Shown piece after piece: positions 43,910-57,900 of a DNA stretch of 64,000 nucleotides (the stretch's first letter is position 1; every line of letters starts with the position of its first letter). The notes beneath the pieces were generated by a model. It was given only the letters and a program-made list of their open reading frames with translations, made no database searches and had not been told where the DNA came from. The position numbers and the translations under genes were made by a program. The DNA comes from a virus. The stretch covers positions 1-64,000 of the IMG/VR virus record IMGVR_UViG_3300027741_002766, one strand, 5' to 3'.

Positions 43910-45112
43910 TTATTTGATTGTGACAATGGCTTCTACTGTGCCAAGTCCTGTGTCTGTTTTATTTACCAAGGCGCGACCAATTACGTTAAAAGCAGTGGCC
44001 TCTTCGGGTGCAGCCGCTCTGGCAATGCCATCGCCTGCTGAAATCAATCTATCGCCCTTGTATACCACTCCTGTCACACGCACAGGCACACGACCTGTCA
44101 TGGCCACTGGAGGATGAGTGTCGTCCTCCCCAGCACCACCGTTCATGGTAAATGCAGGTCTGGTACTGATCACCCCAAAAACTGCACTGCTGGCGTCTGT
44201 TTTGACCTTGGTAATTTCAGCAGATCCGCCTAGTTCAACCACTGTGCCCGGAGTGTACACATCGTCTGCGGCAAAACGCTCGGCCACGTCGGCGTAGAGT
44301 GCTGTGGTTGCTTGAGCAAAGATTCGGTTGAAGTAACTGCCCGATGATCCAATGTTGCCAATTGCGTTGCCTGCACCATTGATGATAGCAGTGGCATAAC
44401 CACTGGTGTTCACAGTGATTGTACCGGCAGCACTGGTGTTGGCATCCGAACGCATGAACTGACTGCTGGTCAATCCGTTTAGGGCCAGTGTATTTGTCAC
44501 ATTACCCCAAACAGCATTGTTAGCAATGCCTGTGGCCATGGTAAGACCGGGATTGACTGCTTGTACGCCCCATCCGCCAGTGACTGCGGTACCAGGAGTA
44601 AAAGTTTGATCTTTGCTGATAATACCCACAATGGTATTGTTGGAGTACAGTTCAATTACAAAGTGTGAAGTTGCTGTGTTGTCTACTATTGTGGCCACAA
44701 TAGCACCTGTTGTGCCTGTGCCTGGAGTATATGCAGGACCTACCACAATCCAGGCCGAGCCTGTCCACACATTCAACTGTTGATTTGTTGTGTCATACCA
44801 TAAATCTCCGATGGTATTATTACTTGGTGCAGAAGCGGCAGAGGTTGCGCCTCCAAGAGTTTTGAATCCAGTACCATTGTACACTTGCATGGTGCCGGCA
44901 GTCTTGTTCCACCAAAGTTGACCAGTTAACGGTGCGCCAGGAGCAGTGGTATTGGCACCATTTTCTAATAGGCGAATAAAGTTATCGCCTAAGAATTGTC
45001 CATAACCTGCCCAGTTTTTTCCCACCAGGGTCATGCTGGAACTAGTATTAACGGTACCATCTGCTACTACAGCATAGATTGCGCCATCAGTTAGTGTGAT
45101 TGTATATGACAT
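43910..45112 (-). CDS. tail fibre-like protein with C-terminal chaperone/peptidase-like domain
   Basis: LVGKNWAGYG..NFIRLLEN, GQLWW/GDLWYD repeats, YADVAERF...GRVPVRV. Confidence 0.75.
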   Translation of the reverse strand: MSYTITLTDGAIYAVVADGTVNTSSSMTLVGKNWAGYGQFLGDNFIRLLENGANTTAPGAPLTGQLWWNKTAGTMQVYNGTGFKTLGGATSAASAPSNNTIGDLWYDTTNQQLNVWTGSAWIVVGPAYTPGTGTTGAIVATIVDNTATSHFVIELYSNNTIVGIISKDQTFTPGTAVTGGWGVQAVNPGLTMATGIANNAVWGNVTNTLALNGLTSSQFMRSDANTSAAGTITVNTSGYATAIINGAGNAIGNIGSSGSYFNRIFAQATTALYADVAERFAADDVYTPGTVVELGGSAEITKVKTDASSAVFGVISTRPAFTMNGGAGEDDTHPPVAMTGRVPVRVTGVVYKGDRLISAGDGIARAAAPEEATAFNVIGRALVNKTDTGLGTVEAIVTIK

Positions 45113-45139
45113 GTGTTACTCCGAATGTTCTATTTGTAT

Positions 45140-45757
45140 TTATGCTGTAGTCAGGTTGGTAAGGGTCTGTATACGCACAGTATAGTCAATTTGTATTTGA
45201 CGGTTCAAACTCTTCTGTACCGGGTGAAAAATCACGTGGGTCAGCAGTCGTAGATTACTTGCGCTGGTAGTAAAGGCTTTTAGGCCCAGTTCGTCAAACA
45301 CATATTCGCCATTAAAATTGGTCGAATTGTCAAAGGCTTGTTGTCCTGGCGGTTCGCCGTAGTCCAGCAAGCAACTGACCAAGATATCAGTATAGGGCTT
45401 GCCCGATGTGTGTAGCACTTCCATGTAGTTGTTGGCAGGATCTGAGTCGGCTACTGAGTTATCATCAACTACTTTGGCGTAGGTTTCGTTGTAGAGATCT
45501 GCGTTTTGTCCGGTTGTGTTTGGGGGTAAGTAGGTGATAATCCCAGTGGGATCCACACTAGATCCGCCGTTGCCAAATGCCATTTCGTATATCCAGCCGC
45601 CGCCCTGGGCACTGGTTCTGTTGCTGAGTGTTTCAGCCAGGCTGATACTCATGTTTTCATAATGGATAGCATTCTTTTTGTCCACAAAGACTTCGCCCGA
45701 ATTGGGATCAAATATTTTGACAAATCCTTCAATTTTTACCAATCCAGAAGAAATCAT
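45140..45757 (-). CDS. virion (baseplate/fibre-attachment) protein
   Basis: NAIHYENMS, FGNGG, FDELGL, HPVQKSLNR. Confidence 0.7.
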   Translation of the reverse strand: MISSGLVKIEGFVKIFDPNSGEVFVDKKNAIHYENMSISLAETLSNRTSAQGGGWIYEMAFGNGGSSVDPTGIITYLPPNTTGQNADLYNETYAKVVDDNSVADSDPANNYMEVLHTSGKPYTDILVSCLLDYGEPPGQQAFDNSTNFNGEYVFDELGLKAFTTSASNLRLLTHVIFHPVQKSLNRQIQIDYTVRIQTLTNLTTA

Positions 45758-45900
45758 GCTCGTGTCTCCACAAAAGTTTCCTGGGTTTTTGGATCAAAAA
45801 TCTTTACAAAACCCACAACCGAAACTGATCCAGTTTCATTGGGTCGTTTGGGCTGTGCCGCGGAATTGGTTTGTTGTGTAACAGGTTGACTATTTTGCAT
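45754..45900 (-). CDS. 48-aa protein
   Basis: TAAATA 6 nt before the ATG; KRPNETG...GFVKIFDP; coupled to the next gene. Confidence 0.7.
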   Translation of the reverse strand: MQNSQPVTQQTNSAAQPKRPNETGSVSVVGFVKIFDPKTQETFVETRA

Positions 45901-45921
45901 ATGACTTATTTACCTTGTGAT

Positions 45922-48900
45922 TTAGCCTCTAAAAAACTCGGCCGCTGGTGTGGTAGAGTCTTGCAAAGGTGTGCCAGTTGTGGGATAGACTCCAGCACCG
46001 TACCAGCCCAGTCCTTGACGAACTTGTATCGACACTTGATAGCCCTGAGCAGGTGCTGTGTCAAATTCCACAGTTACCGGATTGTCAACGGTCACAGTGT
46101 AACCACTGGTTTGTAACAGTCCGCCCACATATACCAACACACATTTCTGGGCAAAACTCAGTCCTGGTGAACTAAGATCAACATCTGCTGTGAACACTGT
46201 GGTTGCACCATCTGCCAAGGTGTTAGATCCCACGTAGTGATCTTGGTACAACACCGGTGCTAGATTGTCGCGATTTAGATTGTAAACCACAGCATCAGTT
46301 ACGTGTGCGGCTGCGGCCGTTCCGGCAGTACCTCTCAGGAGACTGCTCACAGTATTGGCGATCAAATCTCGTTCACGATACATGATGCGCTCACCGTTTA
46401 CAGTCAACACACCCCATATATTGTTGGCCAAGTCTGGTTCAGCAAGAGCACCAGCATTGTCCACATACGCTACGTCATCATCAATTGCAAGATCTTGAGT
46501 TAGTATGGTAGTAGTGGCTGTGGTCATTCTGTAAGAGGCCTGTACTCCACGCATGTCTTGGAAGATACGTAATTCAATACCAGGATTGGGCTCGTTCTCA
46601 AGGATAACAATCACAGCACCGTTGGCAGGCGCAGTATTAAAAGTGACTGATGATCCAGCAAAAGTATAAGTGCTTGCGGCAACCACAATATTATTAATCG
46701 CCACCTCTACATCAGTAGCACCTGCAGGAACAGCATATGGTCCAGTGGTAGCGCCATTACCGGTATAATAAGTTATTTCACGTGAGTATACCCGCAAGTC
46801 CAAGGTGTCAAATATTGCACCCGGTACTAGTTCTTCTGGTGCATGACTTTCATAAGGGCCCACAAACTCTCCGCCCACAACATTGATGTCGGTGGCTCGG
46901 GTTCCTAGGTAAGGATCCAAGAAAGAACTTTCATATGTGGCATCCAGGATGCCTAGATCGTATGTGGGCTGGCCATCAGGACCATAAGAAATATTATCAA
47001 ACGGGCTGACATCAAAGTTACCTACGTCAAATCCAGTGTTTTGTGCAAAAGAGGGAGCAGCCACTTGTACTCCAGGATAGTCAACTCCGTCAATCAATAG
47101 TGGCAGGTCCAACCCTGGTTCGTTAGGACCTGGTACATAGAAGCCCATGGTGCGATCAACGCCACTCAATGAACTGGCTGCCACTGTGGTCCAGTTGGCA
47201 GGATCAAATGTGGATGACGTCACAGTTGTGTTGGCTGACCAGACACGATTTACGTAACGTACCTGTTTACCAGTTGTGTAAGTAACATTAGGCTCCCAAG
47301 GCACAATAGTAGTTGCGTATTGATAGCGATCATACTTGATGGTGGTGTTGATACTACGCACCAATTTGTTGCCCATCACAGCCACAATCTGCCCACCTGT
47401 GCCATTGCCACCTGTGATTGTGACTGTGGCAGTGGTAGTATATCCCGATCCTGGATCGGTAATGATCACTTGATTGATATGTCCTGCACTATTCACTGTG
47501 GCCGTCATCTGGGCCGGAGTGGTACAAACACCCGAGACTGTGAGTTGTGGTGCCACAGTATATCCTGAGCCACCGTCCACAATGATCACATCTTGTATGC
47601 TGAGAGCATAGTTTTCGAACCAAAAACTATAAGGTTGTGTTTGCCACAGTGTGCTTGAAGGTGCAACATCACTATAGATACTGGCGTGTCCGGTACCTTG
47701 TGCAGTGCTTAGATCGTAGGGAGTCAAAATAGGACTCATGTACTGATTGGGCACTTGTGAGTTGTTGTAGAACGCTGGCAAATCAAAGTCGGCCATACTA
47801 CCTTGATACGCATCAAAACCATTGTAGATCAAATTAAAAGCCCGGATACTCACATGATAAGGTTTGACTTCTTTGATATAATTCAACACAAAGTCTTGAT
47901 TGTCCTGTTGATAGGTTTGATATGGCAGCAGTTGTCTAACCTTGTGATCAACATCAATCAAACTGGTCATGTTCAACCATCCGGGTGCTTCAAATTCGCT
48001 GAGTACAAAATTAAACATCAAGATCAAGGCACGATTGCGTTCAATCAATAGTTCATCAATCAACAGTTGTTCATTGATGGCCTGTATGATTTTGCGTGTT
48101 TCGGTCACAGGTTCCTGGTCAAAGTGCTGTGCATCAAAAACTTCAACATCAAATCCAAAACGTCCCAGTGCGTAATCCCACAGTTCAGTCCGGAACTGTA
48201 TGGTACCATCTTGTAGACCCACGCGATCCCATCCAACATCTGTTCTTAGATAGATTTCAAATTTACCCTGGCTGTTGGCAGTGACCTTGACACTACTGCC
48301 CACAGGCGCCTGAGCCACACTCAGCGTGGCAAGATCAGCATAGTTGGCCACCTGGGCAATGATCTTGGTACTGGAATTGTATCCTGGGCGATACCAGGTC
48401 ACATATTGCCAGTAATTTCTAGTGTCATAGTTTTGCACACGAGTCAAGAACAAGGTATCAAAAGTTTTGGCGGCTGTCACAGCATAAATGGTCCACAAAC
48501 CATTTTGAGTACTGTCGCTGGCCACTAGGTATAGATAGCCCACTGGCACCTGGGCTAGGTCTTGATAACTCAATTGTTCAATATTGGCCACACGTTTGTT
48601 CCAGGCACCCAACCCGGCTGCTGGCTCAGGATCACTGCTGTTCAACAGTGCAAAGTTGCGAATTTCCGATATGGGATACTGCAACAACACAGCATTCACA
48701 TACTCTAGATAGTTTTGTAAAGCCAAGAATCTATCAGCAAACATGCTCTGGCGCGGACGGAATTGCACACCGTAGCGCAGGGCTGGACTCAGTGTAGGGT
48801 CAGGCACTAGATTGCCCTGTGGATCTGCGCCGCAAAAACTGTCTTGAAATTTCTGATAGAGATTGGCGGGCAGGAAGGCTTCGGCACGGTCTTGTGGTAG

Positions 48901-51900
48901 AAGATCATACTGCACATGCACATTGTCGTCTGTGAGTTGTCTATCAAATTCAATACTGAGCACTGTGTCTTGGGCACTGATCAAGTCAGTGGCATTGTAG
49001 ATGGCAGTGGCACTGGCGCTGACAAAGGCCACATAAGGAATACCGCTGGCACGGGGGTCAGCGATATATCTGGCTATGCCAGTGGGACTAAGAGTTTTTC
49101 CTGCTGTGCTATTGATTGTGGTAATATTTTTTACCCAGAAATAATATGTAGTTCCAAAAACTCCTGTTGTGGTGAGACCAGTGGTCACGCTGTAATTGGT
49201 AGTGGTTCTAGGTGTGCCAGGACCTGTGTAGTTGCCTGGTGGCACAGAACTTGCAGTCCACTGATAAACATCCACACTACTACCTGGGAATATTTGACCC
49301 CATCTGCGAGCCGCGTATACAATGTCATCTTGATTGGGATCAATGAATCTCACGGAATTGGTATCCCACCAGATTTGTCCTACCTGTCCGACAGCCCAGA
49401 TTCGTCCATTGTTGTTTTTGGCACCCACGTTGTAGGCTGCAGGATCCACAGCACCAGTGTAGTCAATATTTTGTTGCGCGGCACCTAGAATTTTGCCTTG
49501 TAATGGGTCAAAGAAATCAAAGAATGCAGTCTTGGCTCCAGTGATGCGATCATATGAGAACACTCCGTTGATCAAGGCCACATCTACCACTGGTTGTTGA
49601 ACATGTGTGACTCGCCAGGCAGGAGAAAGATCTGGATTGTTGAAAATGGACACTTGACCTGCATTTGAGTTGCCAGTAGGACTGCCTGCCAACAGTATAC
49701 CATTGGTATAGTCAACTGATGCGCCATATTGATACAACTGCTGAATAGATTGATCGTATACCTGTTGACCAAATGCAAATTTGCCAGGATTGCTGACTGA
49801 ACTGTTGGTGCTGGCAAAATAATCATATGTGTATACAGCGCCACTTTGTACCAATGGCCCACTGAACGTTGTGGTTTTGCTGTCAAAGTATGTGTTGCCA
49901 CCGTCAAACGTGTTGGGGCGATACAGGTTGCCACGTGGGGCACCCACAGTAAGAGTCAACGCACTGGTATCTATTTTCACAGCACTGCCAAAGGCAGCAT
50001 AGGCCGCTGGATAGGGACTCTCAATGGTTTGAGTGTAAACAAAAGTTTCAAATCCCATGCTGGAGAAAATGTTTCCAACTAGGCCAGGTAGCACAGTCAA
50101 TTTATTACCTGCTACCGCGGCATCCAAGTTCTTGACACTTATTGTAAGCAGACCAAATGTCTGTGTTCCTGCGACCCCAGCATAGGCCATCACATTGGGC
50201 ACTGTGCTAGAATTGATATTGTAGGCCAACTGTGCGGCCCAACTACTGGGTTGCCAATATGTGGTATCGCCCAGCGATGTGCCTGTTGGTACTGCTCTGA
50301 CGGCCACATATAGACTTGAACTGTTGATAACTATGGTTCCGACTGTGTAGGCCGAACCAACTAACCAGGCAGCAGGTGCGGTCAAAGCCACTTCCTGGTT
50401 GTTGATTCTGATAGTATCGCCTGGAGTCAATGTGGCATTGATAGTTGATGTTGTGATACCATACACACGACTTTGATTTACTTGACGTTCTACCAAGCCT
50501 GCGCCCGGTAACACGCTGCCATCCTGAGGTGCTCCCACATACAGGCTACAGTTGTAACGACAGAGGTCCACTGCCTGTCCGTAGTTGGCGCTGGAAGTAG
50601 GAGCATCGGATCCAATCTGTTGAATCTGATTGAATGTGTTGACTTCGACTACCAGGATGTCTCCTACCGCAGCCGGAGTGGTCAAGGTGATCTGATTGCT
50701 TCCAGTCACTGTGTATTGGCCATCAGGGTTTCCCGCAGTGTTGATCAGGAATTGATTGTTCAATGAAACTGATGTAGGAGCAACCAATGAAGCATCCGTT
50801 TGATATACAGTTTGTGTGGCACTGGTCACAATAAATTGTTGCACTGATCTATCATAGACGTAAACCGATCCTGCATAAGTTACACCATTGTAAGTGTTGT
50901 TGGAGCAACCAATCATGACTTGTCTGCCGTCGGTGCCGCAACTGACTGACTGACCAAATCTTGCATCGGCTGCAAGTCCGCCTGGTGCAAGTGATGTGAC
51001 ATAGTTATAATAACTTTGAGTTGTTACACCGATTGTGCCAGTTGGAGCCGCTGTGAATGTTATATCTCTAGTGGAATTGCTGAATGTATAATCAATTGTG
51101 GGTCTTTGAACAATTCCGTTTACTGTTACATTGAAACTGTAAATGTTTAGAGCAGAGTACAAATATTCATTCAACGAAAACACCTGAGTGATGCCATTGC
51201 CTGTGAATGTTTGAGCCACACGACGACCAATCTTCAGTTGAAGATCTTTGACCGGAGTTGAATTCAAAACCACACTGTCTGCAGTCACAGTGTAGTCAGT
51301 TGAATAAGTCAACAGTTGATTGTTTAGCACCACAAATAGTTGTTGATATGCTCCAGAATCAATCACTATGTTGTCGCTGTAGTTGTAGGAATAGGAAACT
51401 CCGTCAGTGATATAAGTTTCCAGTTGAGTTTCAACTGGCACCAATCCGTAAGCAAACACTTGATTGATTCCTGGTGCACCAATGTACATCCAGTTTTCAT
51501 CTGCGCTGATAGCAATGCTGGTACCAAATTCACTGGCTGAATTTATATAACTGGCATTGGGCACTGTCAACAGATTTGAAATAGCAAAACTTGGGCTGTT
51601 AGGGAATCTGTAGATCACAGCCACATAGCCAGAGTTAGCACTTGAGTCGGCACCAAGGCTGGCTGGGGCACCCACTGCGCCCCAGGTTTGATTGCCCACA
51701 CTGACTGCGGTGCCAAGGCCATACACTCCTACTGCATTGGATTGTAACAAACTGTTTTGTGTGAACGGATTGGTTGATGTTCTCACATAGGTATAAAGTG
51801 CACCAGCACCAGAATTGTAGCCTGGGCTACCTACAAATGCAAACACATTGTCTCGGGCCTGTGCGACACCAGCGCCAAATTTATTGCTGGCCACTGACGG

Positions 51901-54900
51901 AACCACGGTGAGTTGTCCACTGGTATGGAATACCTCTTGTTTTTGCACAACCTCCCACAAACCTGCACCGTTGTTGTCGATCCAGGCACGATCTCCTGGT
52001 ATCAAGTCATTGGCATACGGCAAGGTAATAATGTCACTGCCCTGAGCCACTCGCTGACTTTGTAGAGTAAATGCTGTTCCTGTTCCTGTAGCAACGATTT
52101 GATCTTGTTGCAAGAATGAGAATGACACAGTGACTTGATTGATACCAGGCACATTCAGCACAGTGTATACACCATCTGCACCTGATCCAAAGTACTTGAG
52201 CAACAGTATGTTGTCTGCAACCAAGCCGTGTGCTCGATTAAATCGGATTACCGACGTACCATTCAAGTTGCTGTTGATTTGCGTGACTTGCGCAGGTATC
52301 TGGGCAGTTCTGTAAATTCCCCAATCATAGTCATTGATCTTGGCCACCCATATTATGGTACCCACATTCACGTTGTTGAGTTCGGCAGCCAAACTAGCAG
52401 TGTTGTTAATGTTGAACACAGTGATGTCAACATCGTCTACATTGACATATCCTGCTGACGGCAATGCTGTGTCAGTTTTCTTGACCAAGGTTGTGGTCAA
52501 AATATCGGGTGTGGTTATTCGATAACTTTCAGCCCAGAGATTATCAACATAAACGGTTTGTTGTGCAAGACTTGGTTCGTCAGGTATGGTCACTTGAATC
52601 AAACTGGGATTTGAAGTTAGCAATGCTTCGTTCAATCTCAATTCATAAAAACTCTTGTTGGCATTGGCCCCGTACGTGCCGCGTTGTATGGCCCAGTTTT
52701 CGTAGATATTGTATTCAGATACTCCGCGACCAAGATCAGCAAAAGTAAAAATTTCTGCGGCACGAACAGTGCCCTTGGTGCCAAGAAATTGCCTATAGAG
52801 ATTTACTTGACTGGTGCTGTCAAGATTCAGTGCCACCATGTACTCTCTGGGCTTGAACCCAATCAAGTTGTAGGCAAACAGATCTTGGTTGATTTCAAGA
52901 TTGGCCTGATACACATCATAACTGTTGGCCAACTGATCACTCTTGTTGGACAAATTGGGCAATAGGCCTTGTTGTATCTTGGTATAGTCACTGCGTGTCC
53001 AGTAGTTGAAGTTGAATTCTGGGCTGGGTTGCACAATATCAACTGCACTGTAGTAGAAGTTTTTGTACAACACAATCTCGCCGCGAGCATACTTGCGCAA
53101 GGGATCCCACTCTTTCACATTGTTTTGATTGAGTATAAATCCAGGAGCGTTCAATTGACCGTTCCAATTTTGTGAGGTTGAACCTATCAGTCGCACTCGA
53201 TTTTGTCTAGCACCTGTAGCAGGATAATAGATCAAATCCGCAAAGATACTTTGATTGTCCAACACTACCATGTTTTCGTATGACGTAAACTTGATGTGAA
53301 AATAGTTTATAGTATCGGCTGTTAAACTTTTCAATGTAAATGTATTGTCCAGTCTTTCCACCACAAGATCTCTTGTGGCAAAAGGAGTACGTTCTGCATT
53401 GAGTACCATGTTTTCTGTGGTCTGTAGTGCAATACTGTCCACAATGGCTCCTGGGCGCTCTACTATGACCTGTGTGGCTCCAGGATTCAAATTGATAATA
53501 CTGCCTTCGGCCCAGCCTTGACCGCTCCAGTACAAGAATTCGCTGACCATCTGATTCCAGTCCAGCATGTAACCGTTTTCCAGTTGGGTAAACAACATGC
53601 CTTGCTGTTGCAATAATGCACCATAACTCAACAAGAAATCGGCTACCAAGGTTCTGTTGGTAAACACATAGCCATAAGGAACTTGTACCACCCGGTTGGT
53701 GTAGGTCACAGGCACACGCACTTCATATCCACCGGCATTAATAGTGCTTAACACTCCATTGACACGACTGACCAAGATATTAAAGTAAGGTTGTGTGGTG
53801 CTGTACCCATACACTGCCCAGCCATTGGCAGTTGATTGTACAATTATACTGCTGTAGGTCAACTGATCAAATGGCACATTCTTGTAGAACAACAAGTTGT
53901 AACTTTCGTCGGGCAACAACAAACTCGAATTTAGACTGTTGGGACTGGATTTTTCAGTGTAGATCTGCAGGAGATTTTTGCCCGAAAATGCTGCCATTCG
54001 GTAGCACAGTCGCACATCAAGATTTTTAAGATCTGCTGTGAGAGTGTCAGTTGAGTTGATTCCGCTGATTCGATTGTAGTCCACAATCCAGTCAATGTAA
54101 CTGGCCTTGCTGACTCCATTGCCATACACTTCAATGCCATTGGCATCCAGTCTATAACGACCATTATAAAGATATTGTCCCAGTTCTGGATCATAGCGAT
54201 ACAAATCACGATCAGCAAACAAACTAAAGAATTCAGCAGGACGTGTGAGTGCCAACAAGCGCATGATAGCAAAGGGGTATGCACTACTGGTTCGCCAGGC
54301 ATTTTCGACAGGAGCATCATCGCCTACTGCCCAATTTCTTTGGAAATTGTTGCTGTTGAAATTGCCCACCATGACTTCAATTGGAGCCAGTAACAGGCCT
54401 TCACTTGAGGAAGGAATCACTTGTGTCAGTTGAGGTCTAGCATACTGAGGCAACACATAAGGTGCAATCGGATCTCGAACTAGACCAGCAGCCAAGTCGT
54501 CCCACAGCACCAAGTTGCCTGAGGTGTAGGGAGCAGGACCATACTCGGCTTCCCACCATGAGGGCATTACTGTAAATCCCAACATCTCCCAAGGTCTTGT
54601 GTTGGGACTTGTGGTATCATAAAAGTAGTTGTAGATACCGCGCCAGGCGCCCACAGCCAATGGTTCATTGTTGTTGAGTTTGTTACCGGCTGTGCTGTAG
54701 TTCCAGGTAAATGCATTGGCAGCCCGGTAATCTTGAGATTTGTAATCCAATTTGTTCCAGCCCACCCAGGTCAAGAAGTCTTGACTTTCTATTTGGGTGA
54801 TTTCTCCCAGTGTATAATCTGTTGTACGGAACTGTCCTGGCACAACTTCTGTTGCTGTGAGCGGCACAGGGTTGCCATCCAGTTTCAAGTTGTTGTAGAT

Positions 54901-57900
54901 TCTGGTTTCAAATTCCAACAACAACTGATCTCGATAGTCATCAAACGCCACAGTGATAGAACCATCGTGTCCTCGAATCACTCGTCTAGGCTCAATGTAG
55001 GTTGTGTCCAAATATATCTCTGGAACAAATGCTGGATACAGTCCCAATTTGGTGGGTGTGTTGGGTATGAATGTACCGTAGGTTTCGGAGTATTCTTGTA
55101 TGACCACTTGATCGCCCACTACCAGTGGTAGCAACACAGTGAGTGTGGGTGCATCTGTTGAAACTACATATTCAATACCTCTTGTGAGCAAACGCCCATT
55201 CAAGTATACCAGCAGTCCAAGATAGTTGGCTGAGGTGTAGTTGTAGACCTGCGTGGTGTCAAATCTCTGCGTGGTAATTGCAGTGACCACTGTGGTTGAT
55301 TCAGTGTAGGTATTACTGGCCGGTATCATGTCCGACCAATAGAAAGGATTGGAACTGGTACGACCCGCAATGAGATCAGTAATGATTGTGGTCAATATTT
55401 CAGACACCGTCATGTTCATATAGTCGCCAGTGACAGCGGCATTCAGCAACTGTGCTTTGTATTTTTCGTATTCTCTTGAATTGTATTCCAGACTGGCAAA
55501 TATATTATAATCCGCGCTACGCAGAAAGTAACCAGCCATGGTCATTGGTGCGCTTTGTTGTAAAATGTTCAAGCCAAATGGCACAATATTGCCAAGGTCA
55601 CGCGAGTTGTTGGCACCATTGATTTTTCCCGTTAGACCCACAAGATTTTGTCCTATCGAATCATAATGACTTCTAATAGTGCCCAAGGTAAGATTGTTGG
55701 CATTTTGATTCAACGGATTATTTTCAAGATTCACAGGCACTTGATAAAACGCCACTGCACTCACTTGGTTGCTCAAGACCAAGACCTCAATCACTTGCCC
55801 TGGTACAATCACTGTGTTGGCAGGAAATGTGATGGTTGTGGTATTATCGCTGGTTACATAGGTATATGAGCCCGGGTCTTGGAACGTGCTGTCGACATAG
55901 ACTTTGACTGTTGGAATGGTAGTCACCGGCAAGGCAGCCACATCCAACAACAATGGTGTGTTGGCCGCATAAGTGAAACTAAACTGTTGATAGATTTTGC
56001 TCTTGACTGCGGCAGTTTGCCAACCAATTTCTCGTTGGTAAACTGTACGGTCAGCATATTGTCTTACAAAACCTGTACTGACATTTTTTGTATAACTTAC
56101 ATTGTCCTTGACATAAAGAAATGTATCTGCATAAAGATTGTTGTCAAACACAATATCGCCAATGTTATTGATACTTAGGTATTGCAGAGGAAAGCCCAAT
56201 ACTGTGTCATTTGCGCCCGGACCAACTGCATAACTAAACAATTTGGATCCTGCAAATGTACTACTAGGGTATGCCACAGGGTTGCTTAGACTATAACCAT
56301 TGCTGTCATAGACGTCAAATAAAGGTGCTTGATTCACTCCTGTTTTTTGTTGTGCTTGAACCCACTGTGATCCATCGTAATAAAAACTTATGCCTTGCAA
56401 TGTGTTGCCGCTGAGACTGACCACTGTTTGATCAACCAAGACATCAGCATCGCTTGCTGGTACTAGATCAATAACTGGAGTATCACCTTCCACCAAGGTA
56501 ACAAAATTGACCACATAGATTTTATCTCTTACATTGGGATCTGTGTCTTTGGCAAAAATAACTCGGGTGCCATTTATGAAATTGTAACCATCCACCCCAT
56601 ATCCCACAGTTCCATTGACAGTGCTAAAGGCATCGGTTGTGACAAAATCAAGTATGTCCACAGGTTGTTTGCCCTGTGTACCCATTTGATACAGTCGTGT
56701 GCCACCGCGGAATTCCAAGATAGGACGCCGTGCTCTGAAAGCATTGTCCAGTACAGGGGTGGTATTGTTGTATGTGGCCGAGGCTGTGATCACATCCACA
56801 TGGAACCAACGGTTACTGCGTGTCCAGGCATTGAGGTCTGGACTATCTAATGCTATGGTTAGATAATCTGGCACCAGGGGTTGATTTAGTTCAGCATCAA
56901 AGTTGGTTGAATCAAAGGATGTTGAATCAAACGGTATTGTTGCGCTTTTGGTATATGTCTCCGGAGTGACATAATTGGTCACTGGCAGCAGTTGAATAGC
57001 AGTACCAACTCCAGCCACGTAGTAGTCACCATTGGCATAACTGGCCGGCACCACAGGTGCAAGAAACTGCACCTTGAGATTGTTGGTAAACACCACGCCA
57101 TTGGGACTGGTATAATTTTTCTTGCCCAGGATATCAGTTGCCACATTAATCACCGTGCTACTGACCTGATCAATCAGTCGGATTTGACCAAAAATATCTG
57201 GATTTGTTCCATCCTGATACCACAGTACATCTTTGGCTGCTGTGAGTAATGGAATCTCTGCAAAATAGCCGTCAGCATCACGATACCACGATGTGCTGGC
57301 CCATTGTGTACCAAACAGCACAGTGAATTTGTTTAGGTTAGGACAAGGTCTTTGAACACTAAGTTGTAGAATTGGCTGGCCATTGTTGTCATATTGATAA
57401 GTGATCAGCCACACGCTGTAACGTGTGTCAGGATCTGTGATTGGCACAGTCTGATCAAACACTAAACTATCAAAACTGCCTGGAAGACCATTGTTGGCAG
57501 ATGCCTGCTCTAAAGGATCAAATTGCGAAGTTATCAACCAACCACCATCCTGTGCATCGGCGATTTGATTGGTGAATACCACTGTGCGATTGTTGAGACT
57601 TGTGATGCCATCAATGCCACCGTACTCGGCCAAGAAGTCCGACAGATACACATTGTTGATTTGGTCAAATTGTAGATTGGTCAACAAATCTACTGTGCCG
57701 ATGCTGTTGAGATCGTAATAGAACTGCTGAGCATTTTTAAATGGCACATCAAAAGAAACAGTACCAAGGTCTTCACCATTGTTGGTCACTCCCAGCACAT
57801 CTCTACTGGAGATGTTGGGAGCATAAGGAAGTCGACCATTCACGCCCGGATCTGACTGTATCCAGAAATTATTGCCTGTTTGACTCACGTCGAATGTGTA

